Positions 49,299 through 61,533 of a stretch of 64,000 bases of DNA are shown here, piece by piece. The stretch covers positions 149,048,001-149,112,000 of the forward strand of contig NC_042999.1 in NCBI RefSeq assembly GCF_006345805.1. Reading direction: 5' to 3'. The DNA is from Octopus sinensis. Lineage: Eukaryota. Position 1 is the first letter of the stretch. Every line of letters starts with the position of its first letter. The notes beneath the pieces were generated by a model, which searched no databases, was not told the origin of the DNA, and saw only the letters and a program-made list of their open reading frames with translations. Both the position numbers and the translations under genes were made by a program.

Positions 49299-49615
49299 TG
49301 TTCAGCAACCGACTTTCCGGACACTAACATTCTGGAGCCGCATGTAATTCGCATTAATTTACGAACAGGAATTTCAAATTCCCGCGGCCGCCATATTAGT
49401 TTAATGGTACCTTGCACAGACTAGTATCTTGCACACTAAATATTAATAAACTCGTATCATTTATACGAATTTCATTTAATTATTTAATTAGTTTGTTAAC
49501 CAAGGTGACTACTTCTGGTTCGGAAAAATCAGCAATCCGGAAAGGCTTTCGAACCAAAGGTTCTGCATAGTCGATTGTTGTACCTGTACAAGTGTGTGTG
49601 TGTGTATGTGTGTGT

Positions 49616-49651
<36 letters not shown>

Positions 49652-50822
49652 GTGCCTGTGTGTACATTATAGACACACACACACACACACACACACATAT
49701 GCTGAATGATTGTATTTACAGAAACCATGCTTTATTGAAATAAACTGTGAATATGAATGTACTCCAACTGTGACCTTCACGCCATATTTTCGAATATAGT
49801 ATGTCTAGGACAACATTATGTAATGTGTCCTATCTATCTAAAAGAGTTCGGTGAGATTTCATAGATCTTTGTTATTTCTAGCGAATTAGGTGGCCACGTA
49901 TTTTAATACACGTGCGTAATATGTGCACCCACGCATGAATGCACATTTGTATGTATGTATGTATGTATGTATGTATGTATGTATGTATGTATGTATGTAT
50001 GTATGTATATGTATGTATATGTATGTATATGTATGTATGTATGTATATAAGCTAGAAATTTTTCTATGCCCTTGCTTACAATTATATATATGTATGTATA
50101 TGTATGAATGCATGCTCGTACGTATGTATATATGAATGCACGTATGTATGTATGAATTTACGTTCATATATATGCATGCATGTACGTACGTATGTACCTA
50201 TATACGTATGTTCGTGTGTATGTTTGCATGTATGAATGCATGCATATATGTATGTATACATGTTTGTATTTATGTATGTTTGTATTTATGTTTGTATGTA
50301 TGTTTGTGTGTGGGTGGGTGTGTATATTCATACACATATACTTACACATACATGCATACATACATACATACATACATACATACATGCATACATACATACA
50401 TACATACATGCATACATACATACATATGTATATGTATATACCAATGCTAAAAGTTCTTAATCTCTTTCTGACTTCATGGCGCACAAGAGATTAAGCAGTA
50501 AGCAATTAGCAGCATACTGGAGATTAAATAAATGAATAAAAGCAAAAAAAAAAAAAACAAATCACTGGCTCACTTCACATGGAAAATTTAACAAAATTAC
50601 ATCTTGAAGGTAAAATTATGCAAAAAAAAAAAAAAGATAAAAAGAAAAGATCAAATGAGAAAAAAATCTATTGCGTGCTTTGTTTTAACAACCGTTTCTT
50701 TGTTACAACAAAATCCTGAAAAACACGCTCGAGTAATTAATATGAAGTTTCAAAATCCTTAAATTAACATTTTCCAAATCCACGGAGTACCGTCTAGATT
50801 GGTTTTTCTTTACCATCTTTTT

Positions 50823-52880
50823 GCTTATGGACCCCTTTGATTCCTATTTTATTCAGGTGGACCCTCATATCCATTCAATGCTTTTAAAAAGAATCCTATT
50901 ATATTTTTATGATTAAATATTATTAGGAATTGCTTTCAAAAAAATCCTTTAAATATTTTGTGTATTGTAGAAGTGTAACCAATTTATTGAACAGAAAATT
51001 TAACAACAAAATCTTATATGAACGTTCAAGGGTTCAAGTGGACCCTGGTTGAGAGCCATTGATCTAGATACCCACCATGATACCCCGTATGAGAGCAACT
51101 GATTTATGACGTTGGTTTGCTTATGGACCCCTTTGATTCCTATTTTATTCAGGTGGACCCTCATATCCATTCAATGCTTTTAAAAAGAATCCTATTATAT
51201 TTTTATGATTAAATATTATTAGAATTGCTTTCAAAAAAATCCTTTAAATATTTTGTGTATTGTAGAAGTGTAACCAATTTATTGAACAGAAAATTTAACA
51301 ACAAAATCTTATATGAACGTTCAAGGGTTCAAGTGGACCCTGGTTGAGAGCCATTGATCTAGATACCCACCATGATACCCCGTATGAGAGCAATGATTTA
51401 TGACGTTGGTTTGCTTATGGACCCCTTTGATTCCTATTTTATTCAGGTGGACCCTCATATCCATTCAATGCTTTTAAAAAGAATCCTATTATATTTTTAT
51501 GATTAAATATTATTAGGAATTGTTTTCAAAAAATCCTTAAAATATTTTGTGCATTGAAGTGTAACCAATTTATTGCACAGAAAATTTAACAACAAAATCT
51601 TATATGAACGTTCAAGGGTTCAAGTGGACCCTGGTTGAGAGCCATTGATCTAGATACCCACCATGGTACCCCGTATGAGAGCAACTGATTTATGACGTTG
51701 GTTTGCTTATGGACCCCTTTGATTCCTATTTTATTCAGGTGGACCCTCATATCCATTCAATGCTTTTAAAAAGAATCCTATTATATTTTTATGATTAAAT
51801 ATTATTAGGAATTGCTTTCAAAAAAATCCTTTAAATATTTTGTGTATTGTAGAAGTGTAACCAATTTATTGCACAGAAAATTTAACAACAAAATCTTATA
51901 TGAACGTTCAGGGTTCAAGTGGACCCTGGTTGAGAGCCATTGATCTAGATACCCACCATGGTACCCCGTATGAGAGCAACTGATTTATGACGTTGGTTTG
52001 CTTATGGACCCCTTTGATTCCTATTTTATTCAGGTGGACCCTCATATCCATTCAATGCTTTTAAAAAGAATCCTATTATATTTTTATGATTAAATATTAT
52101 TAGGAATTGCTTTCAAAAAAATCCTTTAAATATTTTGTGTATTGTAGAAGTGTAACCAATTTATTGCACAGAAAATTTAACAACAAAATCTTATATGAAC
52201 GTTCAAGGGTTCAAGTGGACCCTGGTTGAGAGCCATTGATCTAGATACCCACCATGGTACCCCGTATGAGAGCAACTGATTTATGACGTTGGTTTGCTTA
52301 TGGACCCCTTTGATTCCTATTTTATTCAGGTGGACCCTCATATCCATTCAATGCTTTTAAAAAGAATCCTATTATATTTTTATGATTAAATATTATTAGG
52401 AATTGCTTTCAAAAAAATCCTTTAAATATTTTGTGTATGTAGAAGTGTAACCAATTTATTGCACAGAAAATTTAACAACAAAATCTTATATGCACGTTCA
52501 AGGGTTCAAGTGGACCCTGGTTGAGAGCCATTGATCTAGATACCCACCATGGTACCCCGTATGAGAGCAACTGATTTATGACGTTGGTTTGCTTATGGAC
52601 CCCTTTGATTCCTATTTTATTCAGGTGGACCCTCATATCCATTCAATGCTTAAAAAAAAAATCCTATTATATTTTTATGATTAAATATTATTAGGAATTG
52701 TTTTCAAAAAAATCCTTAAAATATTTTGTGCATTGTAGAAGTGTAACCAATTTATTGCACAGAAAATTTAACAACAAAATCTTACATGAACCTTCAGGAA
52801 TCATGTGGACCCTGGTTGAGAGCCATTGATCTAGATACCCACCATGGTACCCCGTTTGAGAGCAAACTTATGACGTTGGT
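50823..52880. repeat. Tandem satellite, 7 units of 292-296 bp, derived from a hAT-type MITE plus flank
   Basis: Unit starts (gcttatggacccc) at 50823, 51119, 51413, 51705, 52000, 52296, 52591; units nearly identical; each has the TIR-like ggttgagagccattgatctaga. Confidence 0.95.
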
Positions 52881-53024
52881 GCATTTTTCTTCACCAATTT
52901 TGTTTTGTTGGTTATTTCCGATTATCGCTAGAAGATAATTGTGCCAATATCAGGATCTCTTGAAGAGAATGATAGCATCGCTTGTTGATGTCATCTCCAA
53001 GTCCGTATGACGGTCTTGAGCTCA

Positions 53025-53703
53025 ACATCGACCCCAGTGCATAACTGGTACTTATTTAATCGACCCTGAAAGGATGAAAGGCAAAGTCAACCTCGGCGGA
53101 ATTTGAACTCAGAACGTAGCGGCAGACGAAATACCTATTTCTTTACTACCCACAAGGGGCTAAACACAGAGGGGACAAACAAAGACAGATAAACGGATTA
53201 AGTCGATTATATCGACCCCCAGTGCGTAACTGGTACTTATTTAATCGACCCCGAAAGGACGAAAGGCAAAGTCGACCTCGACGGAATTTGAACTCAGAAC
53301 GTAGCGGCGAGCGAAATACATATTTCTTTACTACCCACATGGGGCTAAACACAGAGGAGACAAACAAGGACAGATAAACGGATTAAGTCGATTACATCGA
53401 CCCCAGTGCGTAACTGGTACTTATTTAATCGACCCCGAAAGGATGAAAGGCAAAGTCGACCTCGGCGGAATTTGAACTCAGAACGTAGCGGCAGACGAAA
53501 TACCTATTTCTTTACTACCCACAAGGGGCTAATCACAGAAGGGACAAACAAGGACAGATAAACGGATTAAGTCGATTACATCGACACCAGTGCGTAACTG
53601 GTACTTATTTAATCGACCTCAGCGGAATTTGAACGTAGCGACAGACGAAATACTGCTAAGCATTTCGCCCGGCGTGCTAACGTTTCTGCCAGCTCGCCGC
53701 CTT
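53025..53703 (-). mobile_element. Family-B SINE head-to-tail concatemer (~184-bp units, 3 junctions)
   Basis: Repeated gaaatac|(c/a)tatttcttta junction at ~53135, 53319, 53503; single head at the right end. Confidence 0.9.
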
Positions 53704-55499
53704 CTCAAAGCTCTTACTACTTTCGTCAGTTTGTTGACGTGGTCTGCAGCAGAAATAAATAAATTTATTAAATAGACAAACACCTTCTCATCTCTCCTAG
53801 CCTCGATTCAGTGAAAGATAGAGGATATACCAACTGGAAGGAAAGAAGGCTGTACTAACACTCAGTTGGGTTTTTTTTTCTTTCATTTTCAGCAAAATAG
53901 TCTGGGATAGCGTGAAATTGAGTGTCTTGCTCAAGGACACATCACGCCGCCCAGTCTAGGAATCGAATGCATAACCTTATGATCATGAGATCAGCACTCT
54001 AACCCCTAAGTAGAAGAAACCAGCTGAAAGATTTGATATAATGCTAACGACTTGATACTGCTCGTCATGATCAGGTATCGTCTGCTCTCATCTAGTTGAA
54101 TCGCCATCTCTTTTTTTTCTTGCCCTTATAATCCAGTGTATTTATATCTGCGCAGTCCTTGATATTATTTATCTACATATTTGGTATTCTATCCTTTTTG
54201 CCTTTGATTAACAGTCTCAGAAAATAATTTGCTTTTAATTAAATGTCCAAATTTTGTTTAGTTTTCTCTTTTTGTTGTTGTCTAATAAACTTTTCTTTGA
54301 TTTTTGTTTGTCTCTTTTAGTACTTCGTCATTGGATATGGGTTCTGTTTATGATATTCTCAAAAGTCTTCTTAATGCCCTCATCTCAAAAGCTTGTAACA
54401 TATTTGATAATGCTTTTGTAATGTCCTTGTTTCAACTCCATATAGTAGAGAAACATTTTCTACCAGTGACATTAGAACCATTTTTTGTATCTGGCTTCAG
54501 ATTATGGTTATGGTATCTGGAATTTCTATCAAATCGAAAACATTCAATTCTATTTCACACACTTGTAGAACATGACCGATTTATTTATTTATTTATTTAT
54601 TTATTTATTCATTGCAATCTAGTTAGACTTTGATTAATTCCCTTCTATGCTGTCACATTTCTGACAGTTTTCTTAATTAAAAGTTGTTCATCATATATTT
54701 AAACTCTTTTCTACCCAAAAGTGATGTGATTGTTTCTCACAATACTCTTGGAGAAACTTTTCAGACAGGTTGTGCGCCTTTTATACATAAGATTCTGGTA
54801 TGCAATTAGTCGGTAGTTTTTCGCTTTGCGGTTGGTATTGTTTTCTGGATGACAATTTTGTTTCTGCCACCACCAAACACTTTGTTATGTTTATAACTCC
54901 AATAAAAGCCTGTTGGTAATGATCAATAAGGCATACAGAAGGTCAGTTCTTTTTGTACCAATGTCTGACATCAAGTCTCTTCCTGATACTTTCCTGTCCT
55001 GAAGTTCTTAAACCACAGTCCTCACCATTGATACTTTATGCTCTTGGTTAAATACAGAAACAATACTTCTGTCGGTTTTCTTCAAGCTACCCAATATTCT
55101 AATAAACTCCTTTGATCTCACTATATTGTTTTTTTTTTTTATTCCAGAGGATGTTTGAATCTTCCCGAGAAGAAACCTCTTTGACATTTACTAAATTTTC
55201 GCTCATATTTGAAAACTGCTGATTGGTTTCGATTAAGGACGTTTCCTGTTGATGCCAGGGTCTTAAAGGTTTTAATACACACACACATACACACGCACAC
55301 AGGCACACATATACATGCATACGTATGTATGCGTGCATACTTGGTGCATTCCAAAGGTTTTGACTTTTTAAAGAGAGGCAGTTATAAATGTTCTAGATTA
55401 TTTATAACTTTAGTATATCATTACCATGGATCAATTAAGTTGATTAGCCAACTTTTGTTATTCCAGATTGAATGAGACGGCTGTAGCAGCACTTTGAAA

Positions 55500-56180
55500 T
55501 CACCCTACTAAACACAGCTTGTCACAACTGACTAGTTTGCAGAATGCAGCCAGGACAGGAATACAATTTGGAAGCTCTCTATGCAATAAAGTTTTGTGAT
55601 AAACGAGACAAAAAACACTAGAAACTTATGAAATGCTCCAGACTGGTCATGGATTAACTTGTATGAGTCGTGCATCTGTTTTTCACTAGCACAATAGGCC
55701 AGGCAAAGCAAAACAACCGGGGAATTCATGACGAGTTCCCTTTTTTGGAAGCAAAGTCATCATTTACATCGACTGAGTTCTCTCTAGCCAGACGGCCAAC
55801 AAAAAGCACTTTGTGGAGGTTTTGAGGGAGTTCAGGAAGAGATTTGGTCGCAAAAGGCCAGGATACCTGCACCAATCCACAATTCCATGACAGAGATGGG
55901 CGTCAAAATTATACCTCAGCCTCCTTACAGTTCAGACGTTGCTTCCTGCGATTTTTGGTTGCACCCCAAACGGAAGGAGAAAATGAAGGCAGCTGTGACA
56001 AAGGTCCTGGACACCTTTATGTAGGCAGACTTCCATGAAACCTTCACGAAGTGGCCATAGCACTATCACAAGTGCACTGAAGTCAGAAAATCCTATTTTG
56101 AAGGAGATTAGACTTTTGTACTTCTTTGAAATTAATAAACGCCTCTCCTGAAAAATCTTATAACTTATGGAGTGCACCCG
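55500..56180 (+). mobile_element. Decayed, internally deleted mariner
   Basis: N-terminal YAIKFC...ETYEMLQTGHGLTCMSRASVF, degenerate PPYSSDVASCDFWL and a C-terminal W......KC motif; the end matches 7690-7800 inverted. Confidence 0.75.
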
Positions 56181-56563
56181 GTGTATATGTGTGCGTGTGT
56201 ATCATCACCAGGTAAAATTTTAAACAGCTAAGATTTTAAACATCGACCTGGACATAACCAACATTAGTTACTGAATATGTATGTAAACAACGACCTGTAC
56301 TACGAAATGGAAGGGACCACATAGAACCTTGATGCCGGTGACCGTTCCACAAAACATTCTAATAGCTGTAAGCAATGACACATAGTTAAGAAACTCGCTT
56401 TGCAACCACATGGTTTCAAGTTCGGTCCCTCTGCGCAGTATCTTGGACTAATGTCTTCTACTATAGCTCCGAGTCAACCAAAGCCTTGTGAGTGGATTTG
56501 GTAGACGGAAACTGAAAGAAGCCCGTCGTACATATGTGTGTGTATACATATGTGTGTATATAT

Positions 56564-56602
<39 letters not shown>

Positions 56603-56606
<4 letters not shown>

Positions 56607-56836
56607 CTTAATTGACCACAAGGGGCTAAACATAGAGGGGACAAACAAGGACAGACAAAGGGATTAAGTCGGTTACATCGACCCCAGTGCAAAACTGGTA
56701 CTTTATTTATCGACCCCGAAAGGATGAAAGGCAAAGTCGACCTCGGCGGAATTTGAACTCAGAACGTAAACGACAGACGAAATATCGCTAAGCATTTCGC
56801 CCGGCGCGCTAACGTGTCTGCCAGCTCGCCGCCTTT
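56603..56836 (-). mobile_element. Family-B SINE nested in the microsatellite of a family-A SINE (56385-57072)
   Basis: Complete B monomer between the two halves of A. Confidence 0.85.
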
Positions 56837-56837
56837 C

Positions 56838-56878
<41 letters not shown>

Positions 56879-57339
56879 TGTGTCTGTGTTTGTCCCCCCA
56901 ACATCGCTTGATAACCGATGCTGGTGTGTTTACGTCCCCGTAACCTAGCGGTTCGGCAAAAGAGACCAATAGAATAAGTACTAGGCTTACAAAGAATAAG
57001 TCCTGGGATCGATTTGCTCAACTAAAGGCGGTGCTCCAGCATGGCCACAAATGACTGAAACAAGTAAAAGAGTTTAGGTGCAATGTCATTAAGTTCTGTC
57101 GTCATTGTGTACGTCATATATTGTCGGTTAATAGGTGACTTACGATGCTATTTGTTTAATTAACCATAGCATTAATTAATTTACTCGAAAGACAAAAAAA
57201 AAAATAGAAAACAGCGCAATTTACAAAAGTGAACAGTTATAGATTGTTTCGATTTTTCGTTGTATTTCTTTGCCTGTTGTAAATTTTCTATAGTAAAAGT
57301 CGTAATTTCATCAAAGCGTTATAAGACAAAATAAGCAAA

Positions 57340-58130
57340 AACGAGAGGACCTACTCCCTCCACAACACTAGTCTCAAAAAGTCTTCATGTGAACGTGACC
57401 TGGGTGTTATTGTCGACAGTGATTTGCGTTGGACAAAACACATCGCTAAAATTGTCAAGAAGGCTGAGTGTGTCTTGGCATCACTCACCAAATCCTTTGT
57501 GAGCCGCTCTCCGACTATCTATCTGCGGCTTTATATAGCTATGGTAAGACCTCACCTGGAATTTGCATCACCGGTCTGGAACCCCTATCTTGCCCAGGAT
57601 ATCAATCGTCTGGAAGCCGTTCAGTGACGTGCAACCAAAAGAACACCCTCCATCAGGCATTTGCCATATCCTGAACGCCTTACTTCCCTGGGCATGGACA
57701 CAGTGAAACTCCGACGTCTGGCAGCTGACTTGGCAGACACACATAAAATTATCAACCATCGTACAAACAATAACTCTGAGCACCTTTTCAAACTCCACCC
57801 ATTTAACACCCGTGGACATATTTACAAAGTCAGAAAACAGCACAGCTCCCATGACTTCAGGAAACATTTTTTCACGCTGAGAGTTGCTGAAGCATGGAAC
57901 AAACTGCCGGCATCAGTTGTTAGTTGTCGGAGCACTGCATCCTTCAAAACTTCCATGCTTTCTGAGATTCGCCAACACTACACCTGATTTTCTCCCCTCC
58001 ATACACACACAAGCATGTATCTGACTCATGCATTGTTCGCTTTCCAGACATTTGTACATTACTGCATATACTCTGACAAGTTGTGGTGCACCTGAGCACT
58101 GTATACAATAATTTCATTATTATTATTATA
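57340..58130 (+). mobile_element. CR1-like LINE 3' fragment (RT thumb/C-terminus + 3'UTR + (ATT)n)
   Basis: ERDLGVIVD...LYIAMVRPHLEFASPVWNP...LEAVQ*RATK...YPERL...TRGH...[14 protein letters not shown]; one in-frame stop at 57625-57627. Confidence 0.9.
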
Positions 58131-58308
58131 AAAAAAAATTTAATTAGGTATTCACTAAGCAGCGTTGAATGAAATATAGTTATGTAAGTCATATTCGATA
58201 GGTTCGTGTACATTAGAACATGGAAAAGCAATACGCTACACGAATTGTCCTAATAGACAATATGGATGTAAACACACCATTAAGCTATGAATGACGGCAC
58301 TGTACCGT

Positions 58309-58688
58309 ACAAACAAGGACAAACAAGGACAGACAAACGGATTAAGTCGATTATATCGACCCAGTGCGTAACTGGTACTTATTTAATCGACCCCGAAAGG
58401 ATGAAAGGCAAAGTCGACCTCGGCGGAATTTGAACTCAGAACATAGTGGCAGACGAAATACCTATTTGTTTACTACCCACAAGGGGCTAAACACAGAGAG
58501 GACAGACAAGGACAGATTAAGTCGATTATATCTACCTCAGTGCATAACTGGTACTTATTTAATCGACCCCGAAAGGATGAAAGGCAAAGTCGACCTTGAC
58601 GGAATTTGAACTCAGAACGTAACGGCAGACGAAATACCACTAGGCAGTTCGCCCGGCGTGCTAACGCTTCTGCCAGCTCATTGCCTTT
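58309..58688 (-). mobile_element. Family-B SINE dimer with the same internal junction
   Basis: gaaatac|ctattt junction at ~58461. Confidence 0.85.
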
Positions 58689-59094
58689 ATCCGCTTCATA
58701 CCACTAAATTCTGGTCTCTGTTATATAAGAATAGCGAAGGGTACATTTGTTGATGTGCGGAAAACTTTGTCAAGCTGGAATAAATTAATTAGGATCGCAC
58801 AAAGTAGCGTTAAATGAAATATAGTTATGTATGGTCATATTTAACATGTATGTGTACACTCGCACATATAATTTTACCGTAAAAATACTACACTTTAATG
58901 TTTAGAGTATTTGAAAGTTAAAAACAAAAGCAAAAATGAATAACTTCATTTTTATGCCCTCCTCTTCCCACGTTTTTCTCTGGTTTTAATCGATCTTCTT
59001 TAAGTAATTTTTCTTGTCACAACTCAAGCCAGTCATTGGGAATTATAACATTATTCCTTCTTCAAAAATTTCAATCTGGATGCCCCAGCGAGAA

Positions 59095-59143
<49 letters not shown>

Positions 59144-59287
59144 TGGCAAGAATTCATAAAGACGGCTTTTTTTCTGATTGACAGCGTTAAGATAGCAGAC
59201 TCAAAGCAGTAGAAAGTAGAAAATCGTAATATATTTTTGGCGTGAATCGGTGAATACTGATAATAAAGATAAATTATCTTCATAGCA

Positions 59288-59586
59288 CCACCATGACCAC
59301 CATCACCGCCATTATCACCACTTCCTTTATCAATATCACAATTGCTATCACCACCATATCACTATACCACCACCGTTATCACCATTACGATCATAAAAAC
59401 GATAGCCATAACTGCAACCAACACCACCACCACCACCACCACCACTATCACCAGACCACGACACCCAAACCACCACCACTACTACTATCATTACTGTTAC
59501 CACCATCACAACCACCACCACTATCCACTATCGCCATGACCACCATCACCATCACGACTATCACCACCACCACCACCATCACCACC

Positions 59587-59638
<52 letters not shown>

Positions 59639-59700
59639 ATCAAGATTACCGCTGCCATTATTACCACGACCCCTAACTCTACAGTTAGCCTTCTACCACC
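59288..59700. repeat. (CAC/CAT/TAC)n low-complexity trinucleotide tract
   Basis: Seen directly. Confidence 0.93.
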
Positions 59701-59858
59701 ATTACCAACACTACATTTTCTTCCAGTTCTTATTCAATTATTCATCTTGCATATCGCCTGTTTGCTCCACAATTACTGGCCTTAATATTTATAATTTTAT
59801 TGGTACTATTTATTATTTTATTGTTATCTTTTCATTATTAATATAACTATTATATATA

Positions 59859-60180
59859 GTGAAGGCGCATGGCTCAGTGGTTAGAGCGCCGAACTTACGA
59901 TCGTGAGGTTGTGAGCTCGAATCCCGGACCGGGCTGCGTGTTGTGTATTTGAGCAAGACACTTTATTTCACGTTGCTCCAGTTCACTCAGCTGTAGAAAT
60001 GAGTTGCGACGTATCGGCCCTTGCTTTTCCCTTGGATAACACTGGTGGCGTGGAGAGGGGAGGCCGGTATGCATGGGCGACTGCTGGTCTTCCATAAACA
60101 ACCTTGCCCGGACTTGTGCCTGGGAGGGTAACTTTCTAGGTGCAATCCCATGGTCAGTGTCGTGGCCGAAGGGGGTCTCA
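59859..60180 (+). mobile_element. tRNA-derived SINE (family D-type head); related copy 62899-63225, partial heads ~25615, 27977, 36455
   Basis: TGGCTCAGTGGTTAGAGC A box and CTCGAATCCC B box, followed by a shared gagcaagacac...tttcacgttgctccagt body. Confidence 0.82.
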
Positions 60181-61476
60181 TATATTATTCTCTATTGAGA
60201 TTTCATGAGCATATGGCATATGGCGGGTTGGTTTCTTGCGATCACAAAGGGAAAACATTGAAAATCTTAGTAGTAATTCGCAACATACATGCATACATAC
60301 ATACATACATACATACATACACACATACATACATACAAATATATATATGTGCCTGTTCCCAATCACATGGTTTCGGGATCAGTCCCACTGCGTGACACCT
60401 TGGGCAAGTGTCTTCTGCTATAACCTCTGGCCAACGAAAACCTTGTGAGTGGATTTGTTTGGTTGCAGCTGTGGAAATATTTAAGTTTATTGAAATTTTT
60501 TTTTTAATTTGGTGTATTTATGTAGTTTTCCAAGCTGAATCTCAGGAGATATTTTGCTTTTTCCAGAACATTAAAAAAAGAAAAAAAATATTATAGAGAT
60601 TTTGAAGCTTGATAATTTTCAGCCAGTCAGAAAACAGGATTTGGAAGCTGTCATTTTGTGTGTACTTTAATACGAAACTAAATATATCAACTTCTGCTTT
60701 ACGCACGACATATATAACTCCTCATAACTTTTTTCATTTTTGGGAATCTTCAGAAAGTATTCTATACTCGGGATTCATACGATTATGCAAATAAAAAAAT
60801 TGTAGGGTGCGTGATTTAAGGCCTATTTAGCCGTTATTTTTAGCACATCTCTCGACCAGGATACAAGCAACAGATGGGGACAAGTAAAACATGAAAAGAA
60901 GCTAAGACAGCAATGGTATAAAAGTGAATTGAAAGAACAATTGTCTTTTGTGAAGAACATGCATTTGGTGGTAATGTGATTGGTCTACGTAGAAATGATG
61001 TTAATTTTGCATGTGCACACGTTTTCCAATTGGGGCTTTACGGTTAGTAAATGGGGAACCGCATTGGTATGGCGGACCGGAGATTGGTCGGGAGTGGTTA
61101 TGTCTATGCGACTATTACAAATACATACACATACTGAAATTGGTATTTCAGCGACATCAGTTTAAATAAAAAACTGGGATCTTTTCATTTTGAAGGCCAG
61201 ATTTTCCTAGTTAACTAAAAAATTTGCTTCGTACTGGTAGAATGTGTCAAAAGAAAACAATATTGTAAACAAAATTGAAAACAAAATTGTTATTCGTAAC
61301 TTAAACGTAGTTTAATTTTTACGAATTTTAACCAATGAAATCCCAACATCTTCGAATTTTAACCAATGAAATCCCAGCATTGCTGCGTTATCGATATTGA
61401 TAAAGAAATATAGCAGACGCACCACACACACACACACATTTGCACAAGCACATAGTAATTAATATATAAGCGTACA

Positions 61477-61533
<57 letters not shown>

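Noticed and set aside
50823-52880. CRISPR-like array
   Set aside because: Whole ~295-bp units are repeated with no unique spacers, there are no cas genes and the context is eukaryotic; it is a satellite.
58136-58860. Diverged ~80-bp direct duplication (~58136 vs ~58782) and small tandem duplications (~48195-48240, 61322-61380, 63859-63920)
   Set aside because: Ordinary local duplications with no sign of function.
59293-59676. His/Thr-rich 127-aa ORF
   Set aside because: Arises from a CAC/TAC low-complexity tract; no signal peptide or recognisable domain.
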